A stretch of DNA of 64,000 nucleotides from Alphaproteobacteria bacterium (GCA_963555825.3 CAUVXB020000002.1:1856001-1920000), one strand, 5' to 3'. Positions 1 through 11,710 are shown, numbered from the stretch's first letter. Notes: generated by a model not told the origin, from the letters alone. Translations and numbers: made by a program.

Positions 1-18
1 CGACAGCCGCCATCTGCG

Positions 19-966
19 TCATTCCAATCCCAGGAGATCGGCCGCGTTGGACGAGATCATCTTGCGGACATCGCTCTCCGAATAGCCGAGGTCGAGGCAG
101 GTCGCGATGACGTGGCGGAAGCCGGCGACCGGATGCGGGTTGCCGCGCTGGCCAAGGTCGGAGCCGAGGATCGTGCGGTCGACGGTGCCGGCCTCGATCA
201 GCTCGCCGAGGAAGTCCGGCTCGTAGAACTTGAACTTCGAGCCCGGCACCCACATGCACATCGAATGTTCGAGATAAGCGCCCATCTCCGACAGCGTCCG
301 GACGTCCGCCAGCGTCGCGTCGAGGAGGAAACTCGGATGGTTGACCAAGAGGCGCTTGACGCCGCGCGCCCTAGCCTCGTCGAACAGCGGCCAGACCTCG
401 GTGATGTTCAGGTGGCCGGCCGACAGCACGACGTCGAAATGCGCGATGATGTCGAGGATGCCCTTGACCTCGTCCTTGAGCGCGCCGGCGTCGTCGAGCA
501 CGGTCAGGGGGATCGGCGCCAGCATCTGCTGCATGGTCTGGGGGAACTTCTCGTCGAACTTGGCGTCGTGCTTGTGGTGGGCGATGTGGTTGGCCGCCGA
601 GAAGGTCGGCATCCAGACCAGCCGCGCGCCGAGCTTGATGCCGTGGTCGACCGCATGCGGGTTGAAACCGCCGAGCGTGTTGTTGAGCGGCACGCCCGAG
701 AGCATCTGCACGCCGAGCTCGCCGAAGTTTCGATTGAGCAGCTCGGTGATCGGCGACGCCGAATAATAGTGGTCCTTGATCAGCACCGCCTTCATGCCGG
801 CGTCCGCCGCCTGCTTCATGGCCTCGATGTGGTCGAGGTCGCGGGGCATGACCGAGGGGCCGGAGTGGCAGTGCAGGTCGATGGCGCCGACCAGCAGGCG
901 ATCGATCACCTCGGGGGCATGGCGCACCTCCGGATCGCTCGCGATGTCTGTGGCTGTGTCTGTCAT
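19..966 (-). CDS. Amidohydrolase-superfamily metal-dependent hydrolase (DUF6282-like)
   Basis: DLHCH metal motif, SAGH, VNHP and GSDLGQ TIM-barrel amidohydrolase motifs. Confidence 0.75.
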   Translation of the reverse strand: MTDTATDIASDPEVRHAPEVIDRLLVGAIDLHCHSGPSVMPRDLDHIEAMKQAADAGMKAVLIKDHYYSASPITELLNRNFGELGVQMLSGVPLNNTLGGFNPHAVDHGIKLGARLVWMPTFSAANHIAHHKHDAKFDEKFPQTMQQMLAPIPLTVLDDAGALKDEVKGILDIIAHFDVVLSAGHLNITEVWPLFDEARARGVKRLLVNHPSFLLDATLADVRTLSEMGAYLEHSMCMWVPGSKFKFYEPDFLGELIEAGTVDRTILGSDLGQRGNPHPVAGFRHVIATCLDLGYSESDVRKMISSNAADLLGLE

Positions 967-1002
967 CGGCCGACTCCTTTGCTGTCGATCATATCCCGTC
1001 GG

Positions 1003-2058
1003 TCATCGGTTGTCCGTGGGTGGCGCGACCTTGCGCCAGTTGTCGGACTGCTCGGGCAGGTCCTCGAAACGCGCCGTCGCATCGGCCGCCGCGCCGACGA
1101 TGTCGCCGGCCGCGGCCCCGCTGCGCGCGAGATAGGTCTCCAACTCGGCGAGCGCCGTTGTCAGCGCGCCGTAGCCGTTGGTCATCACGGCGCTCGACAT
1201 CTGGGCCGCGCGACCACCGGCGAGCAGGACGCGCGCGACGTCTTCACCGCCGCGTACGCCGTTCATGCCGATCAGCGGGTATTCGGCGCCGAGCGCGGCG
1301 CGCGCCCGCGACAGCCAATAACACGTCAGCGGCAGGTTCCAGTAGCCGCCGAAACCGAGGTTGGTGCCGAGCACCGGACGGCGGGTCTCGAGATCGGGCA
1401 GCATGCCGAGGAACCGGCCGACCAGCGAGACCGCGTCGGCGCCGCCATCGCGCGCCGCGGCGACCAGCGCGTCGACGCGCTCGCTCTGGCCCGACACCTT
1501 GACCCACAGCGGCAGGGCGACCACCGCGCGAATTGCCGCGACGTAGCGCCGCAGCTTGTCGGGCGCGCGCTCGGTGGCGACCGCGCCGGCCGCTTCGTCG
1601 CCATAGGGCGTGCCGACGTTGAACTCGAGGATGCGAACGCCCGCCGCCTCGATGCGCCGCGCCATATCGACCGCCGCATCGAGATCGCCAAGCACCAGGC
1701 TCGCTGCGACATAGGCATCGTGCGACCGGGCCTCTTCGTCGAGCGTCGCGACCATGTCGAGCCAGTCGTCGAAGGCGAGCTGCGAGAGGCCCGAGCGGCA
1801 CGCCAGGCTGGCCTCGGCGGGGGCGTCGAAATCGAGCGGCAAGGGTCGCCAGCGGCTGTCGAAAAGGGCGTAGTCGGCGCGCTTCAACTGCGCGCGCGCG
1901 GCCTCGGATTCATTGGTCGACTTGACGACCACCGCGGCGGCGCCGGCCTCGAGAGCGGCGCGTATTCCGGCGGCCGAAACGACATGCTCGCCGGCGCCGC
2001 AAATCACCGGGTTCTTCAACGAGACCCGTCCCAACCGAGCGGTCAGATCAACCGTCAT
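1003..2058 (-). CDS. Dihydroorotate/dihydropyrimidine dehydrogenase-like FMN protein
   Basis: LKNPV..G, VVVKS, PLWVKVS and GMNGV..GED motifs of the DHOD fold; active-site loop reads EFNVGTPY. Confidence 0.7.
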   Translation of the reverse strand: MTVDLTARLGRVSLKNPVICGAGEHVVSAAGIRAALEAGAAAVVVKSTNESEAARAQLKRADYALFDSRWRPLPLDFDAPAEASLACRSGLSQLAFDDWLDMVATLDEEARSHDAYVAASLVLGDLDAAVDMARRIEAAGVRILEFNVGTPYGDEAAGAVATERAPDKLRRYVAAIRAVVALPLWVKVSGQSERVDALVAAARDGGADAVSLVGRFLGMLPDLETRRPVLGTNLGFGGYWNLPLTCYWLSRARAALGAEYPLIGMNGVRGGEDVARVLLAGGRAAQMSSAVMTNGYGALTTALAELETYLARSGAAAGDIVGAAADATARFEDLPEQSDNWRKVAPPTDNR

Positions 2059-2104
2059 GGCGAACCACCAAATCCCTGCGCGAACCGACGATCAAGGCCC
2101 CGAC

Positions 2105-2212
2105 ACTAAATCATTTTCCGGTCATCTTTACGCGCGTCAAAGCCGACCGGCGCTCAATCGCCGCGCAGGCTGGCATAGTTCGACCGATTGCCAGCGATCG
2201 AATGACGCCTAG
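2105..2212 (+). repeat. Modular palindromic intergenic repeat, copy 1 (short variant)
   Basis: GGTCATCTTTACGCG...GCGCTCAATCGCCGCGCA...GCATAGTTCGACCGATT, ending in CTAG that overlaps the Rieske gene stop codon. Confidence 0.75.
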
Positions 2213-3360
2213 GACGCGAGCATCTTGCCGGCGTACCAATGGGCGAAGGTCGCGACGGAAGGCTCGAGCTCGGCGAAGCGGCCCGGCAACGCGTAGGCCG
2301 AGGTCAGGCCGGCCTGCTGGCGCTCGAGCATCGCGATGTCCTCGGCGAGCGCGGTATCGAAGCGGTCATAGTAGTGCGCCGCGCGGTCCTCGAAGTCGGC
2401 GCGCGCCACGGTCTCGGCCGGGAAGCACACGGTCAACGCCGCCCGCGTGCGGTCGGGCGCGACGGGATGGGCCTCGTAGACCCAGATCGCCTCCGAGCCC
2501 GCCGCGAAGGTCATGGTCGGGAACATCCAGCTGTAGCGCGTGCCCTGGCGGTTGCGGCCCTCGAGGCCGGCGATCGGCGGTAGCGCGTGGTCCTGGGCGT
2601 CGCGGGTCAGACCGCCGGTGCCCTGGGTCGCGCCGAACTGGGTGGCGTAATTTTCGGCCACCGCGTCGGGCGCATCGGGTTCCTGGTAAATGTCGCCGAA
2701 CGAGTCCGCGTGGACATAGGGCAGGTGGTAGTACTCGTTGAACACCTTGAGCACCATCTTCCAGTTGCACGCGATGTCGAACTCGCGGCGCCGCGTCGCG
2801 ACCAGGCCATCGAGCCCCCAGGGCGCGTGCCGGTCCGAGAAGTCGCCGAGCCAGTCGTCGAGGTCGGCGGTCGCCGGGTCGAGACAGACGAAGGCGAAGC
2901 CGTCGACGACCGCGGCGCGGAAGGCGACCAGCCCGTAATCGGCCATCTCGAAGCCCACCGCGCGGTCCATGCGCGGCGCGCCGATCAGGCGGCCGTCGAG
3001 TGCGTAGGTCCAGCTGTGGAAGGGGCACTGGATGCGCCGGCAATTGCCCGCGCCGACCAGCAGCTGGGTGCCGCGGTGCCGGCAGCTGTTGGCGAACGCC
3101 CTCAAGCCACCATGCTTGTCGCGAACCACGATGATCGGCACGCCGCCGACGTTGAGCGCGACATAGTCGCCCGTCGCCTGCCAGCGGTCGGCCCGGCCGA
3201 TACCGACCCAGCATGTCCAGAAGATGCGCTCGTGCTCACGCGCCAATACGGCAGCGTCGGTGTAGCACGCCGGCGGCAGCGTTTCCGATGTCTCGAGCGA
3301 GGGCGTCACCCGGGCGAGTTGCGCGCCGATGCGGTTCCAGTCGCTGTCGGGCGGCAGCAT
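2209..3360 (-). CDS. Rieske non-heme iron oxygenase alpha subunit (choline monooxygenase-like)
   Basis: CRHRG...CPFHSW Rieske motif; EYYHLPYVH and EDIAMLERQQ mononuclear iron motifs. Confidence 0.9.
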   Translation of the reverse strand: MLPPDSDWNRIGAQLARVTPSLETSETLPPACYTDAAVLAREHERIFWTCWVGIGRADRWQATGDYVALNVGGVPIIVVRDKHGGLRAFANSCRHRGTQLLVGAGNCRRIQCPFHSWTYALDGRLIGAPRMDRAVGFEMADYGLVAFRAAVVDGFAFVCLDPATADLDDWLGDFSDRHAPWGLDGLVATRRREFDIACNWKMVLKVFNEYYHLPYVHADSFGDIYQEPDAPDAVAENYATQFGATQGTGGLTRDAQDHALPPIAGLEGRNRQGTRYSWMFPTMTFAAGSEAIWVYEAHPVAPDRTRAALTVCFPAETVARADFEDRAAHYYDRFDTALAEDIAMLERQQAGLTSAYALPGRFAELEPSVATFAHWYAGKMLAS

Positions 3361-3369
3361 CGTGTCACC

Positions 3370-3663
3370 TCATGCCAAGAGATCGAGCCGTTGGATGGTC
3401 CGCTCGACCACCATGTCGTCGGTCGCGCCGCGGAACGTCTTGTAATGCGGCGTCTCGCGGTGGCTTTCGAGCGCCGCGGCGTCGCTATAGACCTCGAAGA
3501 AGTGGAACGTGTCGGCATCGCTCTCGGCGGTCATCACGCGGAACTCGTGGCAGTCGGGCTCGTCGCCGAGCGCCGTTCGCGCGATCTCCAGCGCGTGGTG
3601 CAGGAATGCCTCGCCGCGGCCGCGCACGAGGTTGACCGTGACGAAGATGGCGAATCTATCCAT
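3370..3663 (-). CDS. ABM-domain (LsrG-like / putative quinol monooxygenase) protein
   Basis: EPDCHEFRV...FFEVY....ALESHRETPHY pattern; start placed at MDRFAIFV. Confidence 0.8.
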   Translation of the reverse strand: MDRFAIFVTVNLVRGRGEAFLHHALEIARTALGDEPDCHEFRVMTAESDADTFHFFEVYSDAAALESHRETPHYKTFRGATDDMVVERTIQRLDLLA

Positions 3664-3884
3664 GGTGCTCGCTCCCGGTTCGTGCCGCGCAGCTCGATCG
3701 GTCATTGTTAGGCGATCCCGGGCGCCCTGCCCAGTCGAATCGGCGGTTTCCCGTACTGCGCCGGCTGCGCTATACTCGAAACGGTCGACGACTAATCGGA
3801 CATAGATATCATGGTGGGCTTTGCCGGATCGGGGGATTTCCGCGATACCGTGGCGCCCGAACGCCGTGCGCCGGGGCCAGCGCC

Positions 3885-4817
3885 GTGAGTCGCGCCGACA
3901 GCGCCCTGCCCAGGCATGTCCCGGCGACCGTCGCGACCGTCGCGGGGCTGCGCCGCATGGTCACGGCATGGCGCGCCGCCGGCGACACGGTGGCGCTGGT
4001 GCCGACCATGGGCGCGCTTCACGAGGGCCATCTGGCGCTGGTCGACGCGGCGCGGATGCGCGCGCGCCGTGTCGTCGTCAGCATATTCGTCAATCCGACC
4101 CAGTTCGCGCCGAACGAGGATTTCGCGGCCTACCCGCGCGACGATGCCGCCGACCTGGCCAAGCTCGCGGCGCGCGACGTCGACGTGGTGTTCATGCCGG
4201 ACGGCGCGGAAATGTTTGCCGACGGCTCGGCGACGACGGTGACCGTCGATGGCGTCTCGGCCGGCCTGTGCGGCGCCGTGCGGCCCCATTTCTTCGCCGG
4301 CGTCGCGACCGTCGTCACCAAGCTGCTGTTGCAGTGCCTGCCCGACGTCGCACTGTTCGGCGAGAAGGACTACCAGCAGCTCGTCGTCGTCCGGCGCCTC
4401 GTGCGCGACCTCGACATTCCGGTCGAGATCGCCGCCGTTCCGACCGTGCGCGAGGCCGACGGGCTCGCCATGTCGTCGCGCAACGCCTATCTCACGCCCG
4501 CCGAGCGCGCCATCGCCGGCGCCGTCAACCGCGTGCTCGCCGATGTCGCCGCGCGTATCGCGGCGGCCGAAGCAGTCGCCGACGCGCTGCGCTGGGGCGT
4601 CGATTGTCTGATTGCCCGGGGCGTCGGAACGGTCGATTATCTCGAGCTGCGCGACGCCGAAACCCTCGATCCAACCGTCACGACGGCGCGCCCGGCGCGG
4701 CTTCTCGTCGCCGTGCGCATCGGCGAAACGCGGCTGATTGACAACATGCCGGTCGGTGAGGCCCCCGAGAACACCCGATTGGCGACACTGGGCTGCGAGG
4801 AAGAGAGGATACGATGA
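3885..4817 (+). CDS. panC: Pantoate-beta-alanine ligase
   Basis: VPTMGALHEGH, SIFVNPTQF, FGEKDYQQ, GLAMSSRN and RLIDN motifs; start approximate (GTG). Confidence 0.95.
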   Translation: MSRADSALPRHVPATVATVAGLRRMVTAWRAAGDTVALVPTMGALHEGHLALVDAARMRARRVVVSIFVNPTQFAPNEDFAAYPRDDAADLAKLAARDVDVVFMPDGAEMFADGSATTVTVDGVSAGLCGAVRPHFFAGVATVVTKLLLQCLPDVALFGEKDYQQLVVVRRLVRDLDIPVEIAAVPTVREADGLAMSSRNAYLTPAERAIAGAVNRVLADVAARIAAAEAVADALRWGVDCLIARGVGTVDYLELRDAETLDPTVTTARPARLLVAVRIGETRLIDNMPVGEAPENTRLATLGCEEERIR

Positions 4818-5833
4818 AGACGCCGCGATCCCGGAATATAAGCCTCGTCGCATTCGCCGCCGCTATGGCGTTGGCCGCCACGACGGCCGTGGCCCAGGAA
4901 ACCCGCTTCTTCCGCATCGGCACCGGCGGCACGGCGGGCACCTACTATCCGGTCGGCGCGCTGATCGCCAATGCCATCAGCAACCCGCCGGGCTCGCTGC
5001 CTTGCGACCGGGGTGGCAGCTGCGGCGTCGAGGGGCTGGTCACCGTCGTGCATTCGTCGACCGGCTCGGTCGCCAACGTCGAGGGCATCGCGAGCGGCGC
5101 ACTCGAACTCGGCCTATGCCAGTCCGACATCGCCTATTGGGCCTATCACGGCACCGGCATGTTCGCCGACAAGGGCGCCATAACCAATCTCAGGACGATC
5201 GCCAACCTCTATGCCGAAAGCGTTCACGTCGTGGTGCGCCGCGACGCCGGCATCGAGAGCATCGCCGATCTCGCCGGCAAGCGCGTCTCGCTCGGCGAGG
5301 CCGGCTCGGGCACCTTGGTCGACGCCAAGGCGGTGCTCGAAGCCTACGGCCTCGCCGAAGCGGACGTTGAAGCGCAGTACCTGAAACCCGGCGCCGCGAG
5401 TCTCTTGATGTGGGACGGCGAGCTCGACGGCTTCTTCCTGGTCGCCGGCTATCCGGTGACCGCGATCGACCAGCTGGCACGCAACGTCGAGATCGATCTG
5501 CTGCCGATCGACGGCGCCGAGGCCGACACGCTGACCGCTTTTTACCCTTTCTTCGCGACCAATGTGATTCCGGCGGGGGTTTATAACGGCAATCCCGAGG
5601 TGCGCACCATCAGCGTCGGCGCGCAGCTGCTGGTCGCGGCCGAGGTCGACGAGGAGACGGTCTACGGCATCACCCGCGCGCTGTGGCACGAGAACACGCG
5701 CAAGCTGCTCGACGGCGGCCACGCGCGGGGCAAGGACATCCGCCTCGAGACGGCGCGCGCCGGTATCGCCATCCCGCTGCACCCGGGCGCCAAGCGCTAC
5801 TACGCCGAGGTCAACGGCGCGGCCGGCAACTGA
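4814..5833 (+). CDS. TAXI-family TRAP transporter solute-binding subunit
   Basis: Signal peptide; IGTGGTAGTYYPVG, STGSVAN and IPLHPGAKRYY motifs. Confidence 0.92.
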   Translation: MKTPRSRNISLVAFAAAMALAATTAVAQETRFFRIGTGGTAGTYYPVGALIANAISNPPGSLPCDRGGSCGVEGLVTVVHSSTGSVANVEGIASGALELGLCQSDIAYWAYHGTGMFADKGAITNLRTIANLYAESVHVVVRRDAGIESIADLAGKRVSLGEAGSGTLVDAKAVLEAYGLAEADVEAQYLKPGAASLLMWDGELDGFFLVAGYPVTAIDQLARNVEIDLLPIDGAEADTLTAFYPFFATNVIPAGVYNGNPEVRTISVGAQLLVAAEVDEETVYGITRALWHENTRKLLDGGHARGKDIRLETARAGIAIPLHPGAKRYYAEVNGAAGN

Positions 5834-5844
5834 CGGCGGAGGAC

Positions 5845-6005
5845 AAGAGCATAATTCGATCGATTGAAATTGATCGGATTGTGCCAGCGCGCGCCGGCGC
5901 GCCGCCGACCGTTCGGCCAATCCTTATGGGATAAAGATTGGCATGCGCGGTGATTGAGCGCAGGTCAGCTTTACGCGAGTCAAAGATGACCGCACATAGG
6001 TCTTA
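5845..6005 (-). repeat. Modular palindromic intergenic repeat, copy 2 (near full length)
   Basis: All five hairpin modules in reverse orientation; the IS630 sits at its terminal TA. Confidence 0.8.
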
Positions 6006-7180
6006 TACCAGTGAGCGCCTGAATTGACTCTCGGGATATTCATTGATGGCGGATGATGGCGGATTGTGATTCTATGGTCTCCCACCAGATGTGGGGGATG
6101 TCATGGGATCAGCACTCAAGATACGGGATGATTTGACGCCTTTGGAGCTTCGGCGCTGGGCTCGCGTGGAATCGTACGGTCGAGCGGCGGCGCGGGCCTA
6201 TGGGATCGCGAATGCTTTGGAGGAGATGCCCCGGGCTGATGCCGCGCGGCTTGCGGGGATGGATCGCCAAACGCTTCGCGACGCGGTTGTTCGTTACAAT
6301 GCAAAGGGATTGGAGGGGCTTCACGACCGTCCAAAGGGCTACTCGCCGCGGCGGCTGACGGCAGACGAGGAAGCGGCGCTGGCGGCGGTCATCATCGCCG
6401 GGCCGGAGCCTGAGCGCGACGGGGTTTGCGCCTGGACCCGGGCCGATCTGTGCCGCTGGCTGGAGGAGCGCTTCGCCAAGACCTACCACCCCTCGAGCAT
6501 GACCCGGGTTCTACGGCGGATGGGATTTTCCCGCCAGAAGGCGCGCCCGAGCCACCCGCGAAGGGACGCCGAAGCGCAGGAGCGCTTCAAAAAAGGGGGC
6601 TTCGCGACATCCTGAAGGCGACCGCCGCGGCGCATCCCGACAAGCGCCTACAGCTGTGGTTTCAGGATGAAGCGCGCGTCGGCAACAAGGGCCGGGTGTG
6701 TCACCGGTGGTGGCGCAGGGGCGAGCGTGCCCCCGGGACGCGTCAAATCGGCTACCAGTGGGCCTACATCTTCTCCGCCGTGCGCCCGGACACCGGCGAC
6801 GACGTCACCCTGGTGATGCCGAGCGTCAACGCCAAGGTCATGGACCTGTTTCTCGCACACTTCGCCGATACCCTGGACCAGGATGCGCACGCCGTCATGA
6901 TGTGCGACGGCGCCGGTTGGCACGACGAGCGCGCCCTCACCGTCCCCGACAACGTCACCTTGGCGCTGTTGCCGCCTTACAGTCCCGAACTCAACCCCGT
7001 CGAGCGGGTTTGGCTCTACCTACGCGAACGCTTCCTATCGCTCCGCGTCCTCGACGACACCGAGGCCATCATCGACGCCTGTTGCCAAGCATGGATCGAC
7101 CTCATCGCAGAACCGGATCGTATGCGAACCCTCTGCGCCTATCCATGGATCATGAAGGTGATTTCATAGGCTCACTGGTA
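6006..7180 (+). mobile_element. IS630-family insertion sequence
   Basis: TIRs TACCAGTGAGC / GCTCACTGGTA, flanked by a TA duplication (6004-6005, 7181-7182). Confidence 0.92.
6103..7169 (+). CDS. IS630 transposase (two ORFs joined by a probable -1 frameshift)
   Basis: HTH ORF 6103-6615 plus DDE ORF (QDEAR, DGAGWH, YSPELNPVE); slippery AAAAAAGGGGG at 6589-6599. Confidence 0.88.
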
Positions 7181-7183
7181 TAA

Positions 7184-7837
7184 TCAAAGCTCCACGTGCT
7201 CGATGCGTTCGGGCTCGGCGTGGGCCGCCGCCAACCACTCGGCCATCGCGGGTAGCGCGAAGACGGCGTCGACGTAGGCCCCGGACACTTCGTAGAGCGC
7301 CACGTCGTAAGTGACGAAGCGCGAGACGACCGGCGCGTACATCGCGTCGGCGATCGAGAAACGGCCGTATAGCATGTCGCCGCCGTCGCCGAAGCTTTCG
7401 CGGCATTCGCGCCAGATCGCCGTGATACGCGCGATGTCGTCCTCGACGCCCGGCGCGCGTCCCTTGCCGGGCCGCCGCGCACGGCAGTTCATCGGCATCG
7501 CCGAGCGCAGCACCGGAAACTCCGCGTGCATCTCGGCGCTTACCGCGCGGGCATGCGCCCGGGCCGCGGCGTCGTCGGGCCACAGCCCGGCCGTCGGAAA
7601 GCGCTCGGCGGCGTATTCGCAGATCGCCAGCGATTCCCATACCGTGAAGCCGCCGTCGTGCAGCACCGGCACCTTGCCGGCGGGCGACTGCTTGAGGACT
7701 TGGTCGCGCGTCGTGGCGGTTTCGAGCGGGATGCGCAGCTCGTCGAAGGCGGCGCCCGACTGCTTGAGCGCAAGCCAGGCGCGCAGCGACCAGGACGAAT
7801 AGTTCTTGTTGCCGATGACGAGCGTGAGCCGGTTCAT
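7184..7837 (-). CDS. Glutathione S-transferase family protein
   Basis: IGNKNYSSWSLR, GKVPVL, WESLAICEY and FSIADAMYAPV motifs. Confidence 0.92.
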   Translation of the reverse strand: MNRLTLVIGNKNYSSWSLRAWLALKQSGAAFDELRIPLETATTRDQVLKQSPAGKVPVLHDGGFTVWESLAICEYAAERFPTAGLWPDDAAARAHARAVSAEMHAEFPVLRSAMPMNCRARRPGKGRAPGVEDDIARITAIWRECRESFGDGGDMLYGRFSIADAMYAPVVSRFVTYDVALYEVSGAYVDAVFALPAMAEWLAAAHAEPERIEHVEL

Positions 7838-7931
7838 CGCTGCCTCCCATTTTCCCCGAACACTCCTGTTTATCACTGCTCCTTAGTATAAGCTCGCGCT
7901 GCATTGTCGCCAACCCAGGGAGACCGCCGCG

Positions 7932-8747
7932 ATGTGCCGTTGGCTCGCCTATTCGGGACCACCCATCCATCTCGACCGCCTGCTGTTCGAGCCCGAGAAC
8001 TCGTTGATCCGCCAGAGCCTGTCGTCGCAGCTCGGGCGCAGCGTGACCAACGGCGACGGTTTCGGCGTCGGCTGGTACGCGGGCCAGCCGTTTCCGGGCC
8101 AGTACCGCGACACCTTTCCGGCGTGGAACGACGCCAACCTGCAGAGCCTCGCCGCGCAGATCGAATCGGGGCTGTTCTTCGCCCATGTGCGGGCCACCAC
8201 CGGCACGGCGACGGCGCGTAACAACTGCCACCCGTTCCGCCACGGCGCCTGGCTGTTCATGCACAACGGCCAGATCGGCGATTACCTCAGCGTGCGCCAC
8301 GCGCTCGACCGGCGCATCCGCGACGACCTCTACGCCGCGCGCCAGGGCAACACCGACACCGAGGTGATGTTCCTGCTGGCGCTCGCCAACGGGCTCGAGG
8401 ACGACCCGGCCGGCGCCATGGCCGCGACGGTCGCCGAGATCGAGCAGGTGGTGCGCGATCACGGCTCGAACGCAGCGCTGCGCATGACCGTGGCGGCGAG
8501 CGACGGCGAACGCGTCATCGCCTTCCGCTATTCGACCGACCGCGCTTCGCCGTCGCTGTTCTACATCACCGGCCCGAGCCTCGCCGAACGCATCGGGCGC
8601 GACGCGGCGGGCGCCGTCCTGGTGCTTTCGGAACCACTCGATGAAGCTACGGAAGATTGGATAGAGGTGCCCGACCGACACATGCTGACCGCCCGCGCCG
8701 GCGAGGTCACGTTGGCGCCCTTCGCGCCGGCCACGGCAACACAGTGA
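7932..8747 (+). CDS. Class II glutamine amidotransferase (EgtC/Dug3/YafJ-like Ntn hydrolase)
   Basis: N-terminal MCRW nucleophile Cys; NGDGFGVGWY, AHVRA, NCHPF, HNGQI and TDTE motifs. Confidence 0.9.
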   Translation: MCRWLAYSGPPIHLDRLLFEPENSLIRQSLSSQLGRSVTNGDGFGVGWYAGQPFPGQYRDTFPAWNDANLQSLAAQIESGLFFAHVRATTGTATARNNCHPFRHGAWLFMHNGQIGDYLSVRHALDRRIRDDLYAARQGNTDTEVMFLLALANGLEDDPAGAMAATVAEIEQVVRDHGSNAALRMTVAASDGERVIAFRYSTDRASPSLFYITGPSLAERIGRDAAGAVLVLSEPLDEATEDWIEVPDRHMLTARAGEVTLAPFAPATATQ

Positions 8748-8758
8748 GGGAGGACCGC

Positions 8759-10138
<1,380 letters not shown>

Positions 10139-10171
10139 GTCACGGACGCTTGGCGACGGAAGGCCGTGACC

Positions 10172-10783
10172 ATGAACAAATCCGACCTGGTACGCGCAGG
10201 CTACGATCGGATCGCCAGTCGCTACGACGAGCAGCGCGACAAAGAACACAGTGTCCGATTCCTCGACAGGCTCGACGAGCGGCTCGACGCCGGCAGCCGT
10301 ATTCTCGACCTGGGGTGCGGCGCAGGCGTTCCGGTCGACCGCCATCTGGTCGATCGTGGTCACGACGTGATCGGTCTCGATATCTCCGACGCCATGCTGA
10401 CCCTGGCGCGGCGGAACGTGCCCGAGGCCGACTACATGATCGGCGACATGGGCGCGTTGCGCGAACGGGATTATTCGGTCGACGCCGTTGTCTCGTTCTT
10501 CGCCGTAATCCATGCCGACCGGCGTCGTCACGAGCAGCTCTTCCGGGTCATCCACTCATTCCTGCCGCAGGGCGGGTCGATCCTGGTCACCATGGGCAAA
10601 TCGGATTGGGAGGGCGAGGCGGACTTCCTTGGCGCGCCGATGGCATGGAGCCACTTCGGCCCGGCGACCAACCGCAGGATTATCGAGGATAGTGGCTTTT
10701 CGATCCTCTTCGAGGATATCCACCCGGGCAACTGCCCGGGCGACGACGATGTTCACCCGATCTTCCTCGCCCGGGCACTATGA
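10172..10783 (+). CDS. Class I SAM-dependent methyltransferase
   Basis: ILDLGCGAG motif I followed by GLDIS. Confidence 0.88.
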   Translation: MNKSDLVRAGYDRIASRYDEQRDKEHSVRFLDRLDERLDAGSRILDLGCGAGVPVDRHLVDRGHDVIGLDISDAMLTLARRNVPEADYMIGDMGALRERDYSVDAVVSFFAVIHADRRRHEQLFRVIHSFLPQGGSILVTMGKSDWEGEADFLGAPMAWSHFGPATNRRIIEDSGFSILFEDIHPGNCPGDDDVHPIFLARAL

Positions 10784-10805
10784 CCACCGAGCAACGCTAA
10801 TTTTT

Positions 10806-10902
10806 AAGGGGTCGGACACCTTTATTGTTAGTTTCAGATGCCAAGGTGTCAGACACCTTTGTTCTCGATTATGCTCAAATCCTTAAAAAGGAGTCTGACC
10901 CC
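10806..10902. repeat. REP-like palindromes upstream of RAYT (3 copies)
   Basis: AAGGGGTCGGACACCTTT (10806-10823), AAGGTGTCAGACACCTTT (10843-10860) and AAAGGAGTCTGACCCC (10887-10902), separated by AT-rich spacers. Confidence 0.8.
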
Positions 10903-10977
10903 TAAATTTCTTGCTGGAATATACGAGGACGTGATAAATGTGGCGCCGATCCGCAGCTGCCCAGAGGAGCGTCCAAC

Positions 10978-11667
10978 ATGGCCCGACAGCCTCGCTTCAA
11001 CATCGCCGACGTGCCCCAGCACGTCATCCAACGCGGCAACAACCGCCAGCCGATCTTCTTCGCCGACGCCGATTACGCGCGCTATCGCGACACCCTCGCG
11101 ACGGCGGCCAAGCGGCACGCCTGCGCGGTCCACGCCTATGTGCTGATGCCCAACCACGTCCACCTGCTGGTGACGCCGCGCCGCCCGGCGTCGGTCGCCA
11201 AGCTGATGCAGTCGCTGGGCGGGCGCTACGTGCGCTACGTCAACGAGACGCACGGGCGCACCGGTACGCTGTGGGAGGGGCGCTACCGCGCCAGCCTGGT
11301 CGACGGCGAGCGCTATCTGCTCGCCTGCATGCGCTACATCGAGCTCAACCCGGTGCGCGCCATGATCGTCGGCGACCCAGCCGACTACCGCTGGTCGAGC
11401 CACCGCCACCACGCGCGCGGCGAAGCCGATGCGGTGATCACCGAACATCCGATTTACGACGCGCTCGGCCCGACCCCCGAGGCGCGGCGGGCGGCCTATC
11501 GGGCGCTCTTCGAGACGGCGCTGGACGAGGGGCTGCTGTCGTCGATCCGCGGCGCGGTCAACCAGGGCCGTGCGGTCGCCGGGCCGCTGTTCCTGGCCGA
11601 CATGGAATCGCGGCTCCAGCGCTCGCTCGCGCCGGCCGGCCGCGGCCGACCCCGGCGCGAAGCGTAA
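10978..11667 (+). CDS. REP-associated tyrosine (HUH Y1) transposase, RAYT-like
   Basis: HVIQRGNNRQPIF, YVLMPNHVHLL (HUH), LWEGRY, RYIELNPVRA and YRWSS motifs. Confidence 0.92.
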   Translation: MARQPRFNIADVPQHVIQRGNNRQPIFFADADYARYRDTLATAAKRHACAVHAYVLMPNHVHLLVTPRRPASVAKLMQSLGGRYVRYVNETHGRTGTLWEGRYRASLVDGERYLLACMRYIELNPVRAMIVGDPADYRWSSHRHHARGEADAVITEHPIYDALGPTPEARRAAYRALFETALDEGLLSSIRGAVNQGRAVAGPLFLADMESRLQRSLAPAGRGRPRREA

Positions 11668-11710
11668 GCGCGCCGGCCGGACCCGCGCTCGGGTCAGTTT
11701 CATATTTTAT

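Noticed and set aside
112-2109. Long antisense or alternative-frame ORFs (also 8561-10555, 28599-31562, 29378-31600, 32621-34498 and others)
   Set aside because: Shadow ORFs of real genes in high-GC DNA; Arg/Ala-rich with no motifs
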